Assembly: GCA_047602425.1 (NCBI GenBank)
Contig: JASGHG010000001.1
Coordinates: 3,488,001-3,552,000 of the forward strand
Reading direction: 5' to 3'
Source of the DNA: Nibricoccus sp.
GTDB lineage: Bacteria > Verrucomicrobiota > Verrucomicrobiia > Opitutales > Opitutaceae
DNA length: 64,000 nucleotides
Positions 41,532 through 50,142 of this stretch are shown piece after piece; the stretch's first letter is position 1; the number at the start of each line of letters is the position of its first letter. Both the position numbers and the translations under genes were made by a program. The notes beneath the pieces are model-generated. The model was not told the DNA's origin and did not search any database. It saw nothing but the letters and a program-made list of their open reading frames with translations.

Positions 41532-43418
41532 TTATTTTTTGGGAAGTAACACGCTGAGATCGCGAAATGCCGGTTCCAAACCGGCCGCAGCGCGGATCTT
41601 TTCGGAGACTTTCGGGCCGTTGTTCTCCCAGACGTTTCCCGGGCCTGTGGCATTTTGGAGGAATTTTTCCTCCGGACACCAATTGTCGCGCACGGTAATA
41701 AATGACGAACCTTCGTCGGTATACAAATAAAACCAGTGATCCGGACGGTCGACGTAGGGGCTCATCTTGATCTCTCCAATGCTGTTCTCGCTGACGACGG
41801 TGCCGGGCTGGGCGGAGAGGGTATAGATCGCAGCATCATCGCACATGCGGGTGGCCACGCGTTCGAAGCGGTTGGCATGAACGCGGTTTTTGCGCATGAC
41901 GTTGGGCGTGCGTGTCCAACCCCAACCAAGGCTTACGCCCATATAGGAAACGTTGGAGATTTCATTGTGTTCAATCGTGGTATCGCGGACATATCCGGCG
42001 ACGATGGCCACGCATCCCCAGTCTTCGTTGGCGCAGTCGGCGATGACGTTGTTGGCAATGCGTTCGCGCGCGCAGATCTCGCGGTCGTCTGCCGGAGCAT
42101 AGGGAAGGTGCGATTCGATGCCTGCACCTTGGAACGAACCCATTTGAATCCCATTGCCGCCGAGGTCACGAAACACGCAGCCCTCAATGACGTTGTCACG
42201 CGTGCTATTGACGAGATCCAGGCCGGACATGGCCATGTGTTCGAAGCGGCAGCGTTCGAAACGCAGATGCTGCGCGCCCGTGACGGGCACTGCAGCCGGC
42301 GCGCGGCCGGTCCACGTCTGGTTGTCCAAACTGCGCCAGTCGGGCGTGCCGGGCGGACGAAGCTTGTAAGCCTCAGTGATGAACATGCCAGCCTGCAAGG
42401 GCACGTGCCCCGCGAGCGAAGGCCGAAGCCAGGTCGTATGGCTAAAATGAATACCTTTGAGCGAAATATTCGAGACAGGACGATCGGAATTTCCGGCGAC
42501 TTCCAAGAGGTTCTCCAAGGCCGGAGCAACAACTTCGTCTCGCGTCAAATCCTCGCCCTTTCGAGGCCAGTAGTAAATGCGGTTGTTGGCCAAGTCTTGG
42601 TACCATTCTCCTGGTTCGTCGAGAAACTCGATGGAATTCGCGAGGAAAAAGGCACCACTCCCACCTTCCTGCTTCAAAATGGGCTGCGGCCAGGGATGCT
42701 CGAACTCGATTTTGCTTTCCGGTTGGTGAAAGGTTGCACGAGTCTCCGCTGTGTCGTAGGTGAGTGTATTGATGCGGAGAATACCGACGGCCCATTGCTG
42801 AGCGACGATCATTTCAATTCCGGCGGGATTCTTGATCGTATCGACGAGCGCCGGGGGGATGCCCGCCGTTTCTTTTTCACGATTCCACGAGGTGAGTCGC
42901 TCCATCGCCTCGCCATTGGGCGTGCGAGCCCGGGTTGCCTTAAGGCCATTGATCCAAAGTTGCCGGAATTCCAACGGTCGACCATTGAAAATAGGTGTAT
43001 CGGTCACCCAAATACGACTTTTTGCCGCGGACGGAAGGGTTGACGGTGTATCGTCCGCCAGTCGCCAACCGCCAATGGTCACGCCGCCACTTAAGACTGG
43101 CGTTTCGCCGGTTGCGGCCTCGATCGAGGTTCGACTGACGGCTGTGCCAGAGTCTTCCGGTCGGAGAATGATCGCGCGATCGAGTGAATATGTTCCGCCG
43201 CGCAGAAGGATCCTAATGTCGCTTTCCAGTGGTTTGGTAGCGGTTCGACGGATTTCCCGGGCCTTCCGAATTGCCGCCGCCGGTGAGGCGAGGGGAGTTT
43301 CACTGGCGCCGGATTGAGTGTCATCACCCAACGGCGACACCCAAATTTCTACGGCGGTCGCAGTGGCTGCGGCCATGGAGGACAGGAGCAGGCCCAGGCT
43401 CAACGTCGCGAATTTCAT
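41532..43418 (-). CDS. Right-handed beta-helix glycoside hydrolase, GH141-like
   Basis: Signal peptide, LRGGTY, LDEPGEWY, GHVPLQAGM, EDWG, LGWGW, YLYTDEGSS, as recalled for GH141 enzymes. Confidence 0.8.
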   Translation of the reverse strand: MKFATLSLGLLLSSMAAATATAVEIWVSPLGDDTQSGASETPLASPAAAIRKAREIRRTATKPLESDIRILLRGGTYSLDRAIILRPEDSGTAVSRTSIEAATGETPVLSGGVTIGGWRLADDTPSTLPSAAKSRIWVTDTPIFNGRPLEFRQLWINGLKATRARTPNGEAMERLTSWNREKETAGIPPALVDTIKNPAGIEMIVAQQWAVGILRINTLTYDTAETRATFHQPESKIEFEHPWPQPILKQEGGSGAFFLANSIEFLDEPGEWYQDLANNRIYYWPRKGEDLTRDEVVAPALENLLEVAGNSDRPVSNISLKGIHFSHTTWLRPSLAGHVPLQAGMFITEAYKLRPPGTPDWRSLDNQTWTGRAPAAVPVTGAQHLRFERCRFEHMAMSGLDLVNSTRDNVIEGCVFRDLGGNGIQMGSFQGAGIESHLPYAPADDREICARERIANNVIADCANEDWGCVAIVAGYVRDTTIEHNEISNVSYMGVSLGWGWTRTPNVMRKNRVHANRFERVATRMCDDAAIYTLSAQPGTVVSENSIGEIKMSPYVDRPDHWFYLYTDEGSSFITVRDNWCPEEKFLQNATGPGNVWENNGPKVSEKIRAAAGLEPAFRDLSVLLPKK

Positions 43419-43761
43419 ATAGGAAAAGATATTGAACGCCCGTTTTGCGATTGCGATGAATTGCGCTGCGCTTCTCAAGGTGGGCACGTTTTCGATGTTT
43501 GAATGTTGCTATTGGATAGGTTGGGGAAGCTGACAATATTTTGAAGCCGCGATGGTGGGGGCTGAGATAATCGAGCCGCAAATTGTTGCTGGGAATCAGC
43601 GGAGACGTTGGCTTTTCGAGATTTGTTTTGGCGATCCTCGTAAAGGCGAAAGCTCTTTGCGCCGTCATTCGAGGTAACCAAAATTGGAAATTGAAGGCTA
43701 TTCGCGCTATCTGAAGTGAAGGGAAACCGATTTATCGATGAAATAATATACGTAAAGCTTA

Positions 43762-44116
43762 TTTCATGAAACGTCATAAGCCATACTGAATGCAGACTTT
43801 TTTCCGGCCTTCGTAGGATGTCGCGCTTGCTTCGAAAAAGGCTGAAAATTTCCTCACAGACGTGGCCCATTTTGTGGCAAACACATCGTCAAAATGTTGT
43901 CAGCGCGCGTTTTTTCCTAGGGAAAATTGGATCCGGCCGCATTCGATCGTTGCGACGAACCAATGCCGCTTCAGTTTCGTTTCTCGCTCTCGCCGCTACC
44001 AAGAACGCATATGATTTAACGGGCAAGCAATCGAGTCCGGCGAACAGGGTGGAAAAAAGATTTGACATAAGGCGTTTCATGAAACACCGAAATATTGCGA
44101 TGTTTCATATGAAACA
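43762..44116. promoter_or_regulatory. Three related palindromic operator-like sites in the divergent PUL promoter region
   Basis: TTTCATGAAA (43762-43771), GTTTCATGAAAC (44074-44085) and TGTTTCATATGAAACA (44101-44116); TTGACA at 44062-44067. Confidence 0.65.
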
Positions 44117-44234
44117 ATCTTAGCCCCTTAATCAGTCCCTCCAGCTCCCCCTTCGTTAGAATTCCTCCACCGACCTCCAGATTCGTTCCCTAAGTGCGGA
44201 TTTGGACGACCAGCTAACCCTACAACCCTACGCT

Positions 44235-47200
44235 ATGCGCTCCCTACCGCCCGCACCTTCCTCCGGAAAAAGTTCCGGGGGTGTTTTGTTTACACGCTGT
44301 CTTGCGTTGTTGTTCCTGATGGTGACCACCATCGGGCTCCTCAGCCAACAAGTTCAAGCCGCCGACGTCCCAACCGGCACAATCGAAGGCCGTGTTCTCA
44401 ATCTAAGCAACGGCCGCTATCTCAGCAAGGCCCTCGTCAAGGTTGAAGGTACCACCATTGAGACACTTACCAACGATTTCGGCGAATACACACTGCGTGA
44501 AGTACCGGCCGGTGCAGTTAAGATTACTGTATTTTACACTGGTCAAGAACCCAAGACCGCTGATGTGACAGTCGAGGCAGGGAAGACCGCTGAAAAAGAT
44601 ATTGGCCTTAGCCAAGGCAAAGCGCTTGCCGAAGATGGTACCGTGGTTTTGGACGCATATGTCGTCGCGCAGCAGCGGTTCCGAAATGCTCAAGAAATCG
44701 CGATCAACGAGGAACGTAGTTCCACCACTATCAAGAGTGTTGTGGCCGCGGACTCGCTGGGTCACATTCCGGATGGCAACATTGGTGAATTCGTCCGTTT
44801 CATGCCTGGTATCGACGTTGGTTATGGCGGCACCTATGTAAACGGCGCGGACGCATCCAGTATTTCGGTGCGTGGTTTCGGCCCGGAAAACACCTCGATC
44901 ATGATCGACGGCATGCCGGTTTCCAGTCCCTCGCCTGCATCGCTAACACGTGCGGTCAGCTTGGACATGCTCTCGATTAACAATGCCTCACGTATTGAAG
45001 TGAACAAAGTGGCCACGGCCGACATGCCGGCTGACTCGCCAGGTGGTTCGATCAATCTTATCACCAAAAGCGCGTTCGAATATGCACGCCCGGACATCAA
45101 TGTCGAATTGAACGCAACCTTCAATACGATGGATATGAAATTCTTCCACAAACAGCCCGGCCCGATCAACAAGAAGACCTATCACACAATTCCTGGCGGC
45201 CGCGTGAGCGTGGCGATTCCCTTAACCAAGGACCTTGGTTTTAGCGTGACGGTTGCTTCTGACAATAAGTTCCAACCGAACCAAAAAGCTGCCCCCGTTT
45301 GGCTGTCGACCAACTCGACCACTACGATCGTAAATTCAGTCGGCATGGTGGGTGTTGCTAATCCGTTTATGCGCCGCTTCGATGTTACCGACGCTCCGTG
45401 GAATACATTCAAACAATCCGGCAATATCAGGTTAGACTGGCGAGCTATTCCGGGTCTGACTATTAACACCAATTATCAATACTCTCGATACACAGGCGTT
45501 AACGTCTCTCGGCGGCTCCAGTACTCAATCGAGCGCCCGGCTGATTGGGATGCTTCATATGTAAGTGGTCGACCTCTTGCGACTGACGGATCCAGCAAAG
45601 CTGCTATGAATGCCGACGCGCGCGACAAAGAGGGCGATACACAAACTGCATACATTAAGGCCGTCTTCACAAAAGGACCGTGGAGCATTGACGCGTACGC
45701 GAGCCGTTCGCTTGCCCGTGGCCGTTTTGATGACGTAGCCAATGGACATTTTTCAGGGTACGATCTTTCGTTGAACAACATCGGCCATGTGGTCTTTGGC
45801 GGTATCGAAGATGGCGTTCCCGCGGGCATTAAGATTTTTAATCGCACCGGGCAGGAGCTTGATTATACCCGTCTCGCCAATTGGTCGATCGACAATGTGA
45901 CGACATTGGATGCCAAGAGCGGTGAAGCTTTTCAACGCGATACGACCGACAATATGGCGCTCAATATTCGCCGTGAATTGGATTTCCTTCCATGGAAAAT
46001 GGGTGTGAAATTTGGTGGGCAGCGGCAGGTGAAGGACCAGAAAAAGTGGGGGCGTGGAACCGGCTGGCGAACCCGCTATGTCGGACCGACGTTGAATGCC
46101 TTGGATATTCTTGATGATAGCTATGAAGTCTCCCCGGGTTTTGGCTACCCGGCACAGCAATGGGCAGACACCTATAAACTCTACCAACTGTTCCAAGCGC
46201 ATCCTGAATACTTCAGTGACACCCGCCTTCCCGTCACCCTTTCTGAAAACTGGAATAGCCTCATTGCCCAGAAAAAAGCCGTGAAGGAATCTTCGGACTC
46301 GCTCTATGCCATGTTCGACGGCGACCTTTTCAAAAATCGCCTCAAATGGTCTGGTGGTGCACGCCGCAAGTTTGCCAAAGTCGTCGGTTATCTTCCTTAC
46401 ACAGAAGGAGACAATACTTATCGTTTGCTCAAACGTGCGGATCATAGCGTTTACAGAGACGACGTTTACACCAATGGAATTATGATCAATGGCGGCAATA
46501 CCACCTACTCGACTGGCGCAGGCACCGCGGTGGCCACTTGGGGGGCGGTCTGGTCGGATACGGCCTTGACCTCGCGTCTTGCCGCAGCAGGTATTTCGCT
46601 GCCGGGACAGCCCCTGTGGGCGCACAATGCGTTGGACAATTCAATTATAACCACCACTCCGGGTACCTGGCAGAACAACTTGGAATTGGCTCAGGCACGT
46701 CGTTACACCAAGGATGTCAAGAAAGGCCGTTGGGATCCCGTAACCCCAGTGTTCGCTTTATCCTATAAGGTTACTGAGAATTTCGATGCGAAGCTCTCGT
46801 GGTCCCGCGAAACCAAGCTGGCGGACCTTGAGAGTGGAAACTCAGCGGGTTATATTTCCAATGCCACGGTTACTACCGTTGACGGATTCCCTCGGATCAA
46901 TGTTTCCAATCCAGGTTTGAACCCGGAGAAGACCAACTCCATCAATTTGGCTCTCGCTTATTACACCAAGAAAGGAGGTAGCTATTCTGTGAGCGGCTAC
47001 TACAAGAGGATGCAGAACGAATGGGAGGACATCGTACTGGATGCTACTTCTGATGAAGGTGCAGAATTGGCCCGCTCCGTCGGGTTTGATCCTACCACTC
47101 TAGAACCGGGTACTACGATCGCCACCAAACAAAACGGGACGGCAAGTGGGTCGTCCAAGACCGGTCTCGAAGTGGAAATTCGCCAGAATTTGTCGATCTT

Positions 47201-47660
47201 GGGCTCGTGGGCTGAAGGGCTCGATACTTTCGCGACTTACTCTTACAAGAAGCACGCTACCTTTAGTTATAACACTGCGATTATTAACAAAATGCCTGGC
47301 ATTTCCCAAGATAAGTATTCTTGGGGACTCTCTTATAGCAACAAGCGCCTGACCGTGCAGGCCCGTGGTACTTACGCTACTGCTACCTACGATAAGAACA
47401 CTACGCGTGCTTGGAGAGGTACAACTCAGAACGTCCAGCTCTTTAACTATAGAGGGCCGGAATACCGGATCAACGTCGAAGCATACTATCGCATCTCGGA
47501 GAAATATAGCGTGTTTATCAGCGCGAGCGATCTATACCGATCCAAGATTCGTTCGACCGTGCGCGATTTGGGCACGGACATTATGCCCAGGTATGCTTGG
47601 TCTAACGGTCTCACTAACTACGGCGCGACTGTTACCACTGGCGTGACGGGTAAATTCTAA
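44235..47660 (+). CDS. TonB-dependent receptor with N-terminal carboxypeptidase-regulatory-like domain
   Basis: GTIEGRV domain, plug motifs (NIGEFVRFMPGI, ISVRG, IEVNK, GGSINL), NPGLNPE, C-terminal Phe. Confidence 0.93.
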   Translation: MRSLPPAPSSGKSSGGVLFTRCLALLFLMVTTIGLLSQQVQAADVPTGTIEGRVLNLSNGRYLSKALVKVEGTTIETLTNDFGEYTLREVPAGAVKITVFYTGQEPKTADVTVEAGKTAEKDIGLSQGKALAEDGTVVLDAYVVAQQRFRNAQEIAINEERSSTTIKSVVAADSLGHIPDGNIGEFVRFMPGIDVGYGGTYVNGADASSISVRGFGPENTSIMIDGMPVSSPSPASLTRAVSLDMLSINNASRIEVNKVATADMPADSPGGSINLITKSAFEYARPDINVELNATFNTMDMKFFHKQPGPINKKTYHTIPGGRVSVAIPLTKDLGFSVTVASDNKFQPNQKAAPVWLSTNSTTTIVNSVGMVGVANPFMRRFDVTDAPWNTFKQSGNIRLDWRAIPGLTINTNYQYSRYTGVNVSRRLQYSIERPADWDASYVSGRPLATDGSSKAAMNADARDKEGDTQTAYIKAVFTKGPWSIDAYASRSLARGRFDDVANGHFSGYDLSLNNIGHVVFGGIEDGVPAGIKIFNRTGQELDYTRLANWSIDNVTTLDAKSGEAFQRDTTDNMALNIRRELDFLPWKMGVKFGGQRQVKDQKKWGRGTGWRTRYVGPTLNALDILDDSYEVSPGFGYPAQQWADTYKLYQLFQAHPEYFSDTRLPVTLSENWNSLIAQKKAVKESSDSLYAMFDGDLFKNRLKWSGGARRKFAKVVGYLPYTEGDNTYRLLKRADHSVYRDDVYTNGIMINGGNTTYSTGAGTAVATWGAVWSDTALTSRLAAAGISLPGQPLWAHNALDNSIITTTPGTWQNNLELAQARRYTKDVKKGRWDPVTPVFALSYKVTENFDAKLSWSRETKLADLESGNSAGYISNATVTTVDGFPRINVSNPGLNPEKTNSINLALAYYTKKGGSYSVSGYYKRMQNEWEDIVLDATSDEGAELARSVGFDPTTLEPGTTIATKQNGTASGSSKTGLEVEIRQNLSILGSWAEGLDTFATYSYKKHATFSYNTAIINKMPGISQDKYSWGLSYSNKRLTVQARGTYATATYDKNTTRAWRGTTQNVQLFNYRGPEYRINVEAYYRISEKYSVFISASDLYRSKIRSTVRDLGTDIMPRYAWSNGLTNYGATVTTGVTGKF

Positions 47661-47682
47661 CGACTACGTACATTTCTGTTTT

Positions 47683-47712
47683 AAAGCCCGGCCTGCATAG
47701 GCCGGGCTTTTT
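47683..47712 (+). terminator. Intrinsic terminator after the TBDR
   Basis: AAAGCCCGGCCT-GCAT-AGGCCGGGCTTT followed by TT. Confidence 0.85.
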
Positions 47713-47805
47713 CTGTAATCTTCTGAAGTGTTGCGAATTTTTGTCCAACGTTGTCACCATGCGGTTTGTTTTGCGTCGCGACCCTGTTGGATTGATATTT
47801 GAGAA

Positions 47806-50142
47806 ATGATACCGTCGACTCGCATTCAACGCCTCGGCTTTCGTAGGCCGGAAGCATGGGTTGGAGGGCTGGCGTTGTTGGTGATTGGAATCTATTGGAA
47901 CTCGCTTTGCGTACCATTCCTCTTCGACGACAATTCCTCAATTGCGGAGAACGCGAGCTTGCGGTCTTTTCGCACGGCATTTTCTCCTCCCGCGGGTAGC
48001 GGCGTGACAGTAAGCGGTAGGCCAATGTTAAATGCTTCTTTTGCGATAAATTATGCTGTCGGTGGAACTAATGTGCGAAGTTACCACATCTTCAACATAG
48101 GTCTTCATATCCTTAATGCATGTATACTGTTTGGGTTATTGCAGAAGATACTACGGTTGCAGCAATTGCAGGGCGTTTTTGCCGGTTTAGAAACCTGGCT
48201 TGCAGGCTTGATCACATTAACTTGGGCTGTCCATCCTCTACAAACGGAATCAGTGACCTACATCGTTCAGCGGGCAGAGGCTTTAGTAAGTTTGTTCTAT
48301 TTGTTAACATTCTATTGTTTTATTTCTTCGATTAATTCGACGCGGGAACAGATGTGGTTGTTTGGGTCAGTATTGTCATGCGCCGCGGGCATGGCATCTA
48401 AGGAAGTGATGGCGACTGCACCGATTGCGCTGATCGGCTTTGACGCTGTTTTTGTGGCAGGTTCCTTCCAGCTGACTTGGCGCGTGCGTCGGTGTTTTTA
48501 CATCGCTATGTTTTCGACATGGACGATCTTGGTCGGATGTGTCTTAAACAGCGGTCTACGCGGGGGCACTGTCGGCGCAGGCCCTGACACGGCTTGGAAA
48601 TATCTTCTCACGCAAGTGGAAATGATACCCCGTTATTTTTATTTAACAATTTGGCCCAATGAATTAGTTTTTGATTATGGGAAAAATTTAGTAAGTGGAA
48701 TAGCAGAGGTTTGGCGAGGGCTAATGTTGCTGACGATTCTAGTGCCGACGATCATTTGGACTTGGGCGAAGCAACCAAAGCTTGGCTGGGTTGCATGTAT
48801 GCCCTTCGTTCTGCTTGCACCAAGCTCAAGTATTGTACCGGTAGTAAGTCAAACTGCAGCAGAACACCGAATGTATCTAGCTTTGGCACCCGTTGTAGTT
48901 TTGGCTTTTCTGCTATTATTCCAAATCTTACGTGCGCGGGCATTTTGGGCTGGCCTTGCTATCGTTGGTACTCTTTCGGCACTCACCGTTCAAAGAAATG
49001 GTGACTATCAAACTGCGGAATCCCTGTGGAAGGATACGGTTGAAAAGCGTCCTAACAATGCCCGTGCTTGGCTGTCACTTGCATTGACCTACCTGGAGGG
49101 GGATCATTTCATTGATGCTAAAGCTGCTTTGGAGCATGCAATGCAGCTTGAGCCTAATAGCGTTATTATCGGAGCAGACTACGCTCAGGTTCTCGCGAAA
49201 TTGGGAGAGTATGAACGTGCTGAGGAAATGTATAGGTGGGCTTTGCGCGAGAAACCCGACGACTATGCAACTTGCTTCAACTTTGGAACGATGTTGCTGG
49301 AGCTAAATCGCAATAGGGAAGCAGAAGAATGGCTGAAACGTAGTCTCGCTGACAGCAAACTGGCTGCCAAAGCTCACTACAACCTCGGCAACTGCCAAAT
49401 AGCTCTGGAAAAAACAGACGACGCTATGACGAATTTTCGGCGAGCTATTGCGTTAAACCCTGGTTTTTGTGACGCGAGGTCTAACTTGGCGTCCGCACTA
49501 ACAAAAGTAGGCAAGGCAAGGGAGGCTTTGGATGAAATCGGAGCTGCAATTCAAGCCGGATGTGACACACCTACGTTGCGAAGAAATCGAGCATTGGCCC
49601 TAATCGCAACGGGCAACGTCATGGAGGCGGTCGGTATCTTGCAGCATCTGGTCGAAAAAGATACCGCGGACGCTAGCTTGTATGCAGACTTGGGCCTTGC
49701 GCTCGCAAGTTTTGGGAAAGCTGAAGACGCAATCGCGAGATATCAGACAGCGATTGATAAAGGTTATGGTAGGACTATTCCTGCACAGGCGAGGGCGATC
49801 CGGGTGAGTCTTGCATCTTTGCTGCAAAGTGTAGGGAAGTATAATGAAGCCGCACAGATGTATTTACAGACTCTTGAGCTCGATCCAACAAATGTGGAAC
49901 TGGAGTATTTGGCGGGTCGGGCGCTTTTGTTGGCTGGTCGATATGCAGAGGCGTCGTCTCGGCTTGAAGCCGTTGTCGCACGCACCAATTCTACGGCGGA
50001 AATGCTCAACGATTTAGGCGTTAGTTATTCGGGGCAAAGGCGAACAGAGGAAGCGAAGGGGCTTTTTGAGCGCGCACTTAAAATAAATCCTTACTATACG
50101 GAGGCTCGCGAAAATCTGGCTTCACTACAATCAGGACAATGA
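47806..50142 (+). CDS. TMTC-like GT-C membrane glycosyltransferase with C-terminal TPR array (paralogue 1)
   Basis: PFLFDD, GRP, WAVHPLQTESVTYIVQRAE, SKE, AEHRMYL; multiple TM helices followed by TPR repeats. Confidence 0.85.
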   Translation: MIPSTRIQRLGFRRPEAWVGGLALLVIGIYWNSLCVPFLFDDNSSIAENASLRSFRTAFSPPAGSGVTVSGRPMLNASFAINYAVGGTNVRSYHIFNIGLHILNACILFGLLQKILRLQQLQGVFAGLETWLAGLITLTWAVHPLQTESVTYIVQRAEALVSLFYLLTFYCFISSINSTREQMWLFGSVLSCAAGMASKEVMATAPIALIGFDAVFVAGSFQLTWRVRRCFYIAMFSTWTILVGCVLNSGLRGGTVGAGPDTAWKYLLTQVEMIPRYFYLTIWPNELVFDYGKNLVSGIAEVWRGLMLLTILVPTIIWTWAKQPKLGWVACMPFVLLAPSSSIVPVVSQTAAEHRMYLALAPVVVLAFLLLFQILRARAFWAGLAIVGTLSALTVQRNGDYQTAESLWKDTVEKRPNNARAWLSLALTYLEGDHFIDAKAALEHAMQLEPNSVIIGADYAQVLAKLGEYERAEEMYRWALREKPDDYATCFNFGTMLLELNRNREAEEWLKRSLADSKLAAKAHYNLGNCQIALEKTDDAMTNFRRAIALNPGFCDARSNLASALTKVGKAREALDEIGAAIQAGCDTPTLRRNRALALIATGNVMEAVGILQHLVEKDTADASLYADLGLALASFGKAEDAIARYQTAIDKGYGRTIPAQARAIRVSLASLLQSVGKYNEAAQMYLQTLELDPTNVELEYLAGRALLLAGRYAEASSRLEAVVARTNSTAEMLNDLGVSYSGQRRTEEAKGLFERALKINPYYTEARENLASLQSGQ

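Noticed and set aside
43553..43577. TGGTGGGGGCTGAGATAATCGAGCC as a degenerate tRNA 3' end or att site
   Set aside because: It does not match the tRNA at 60638 and has no proper T-arm pairing; probably chance.
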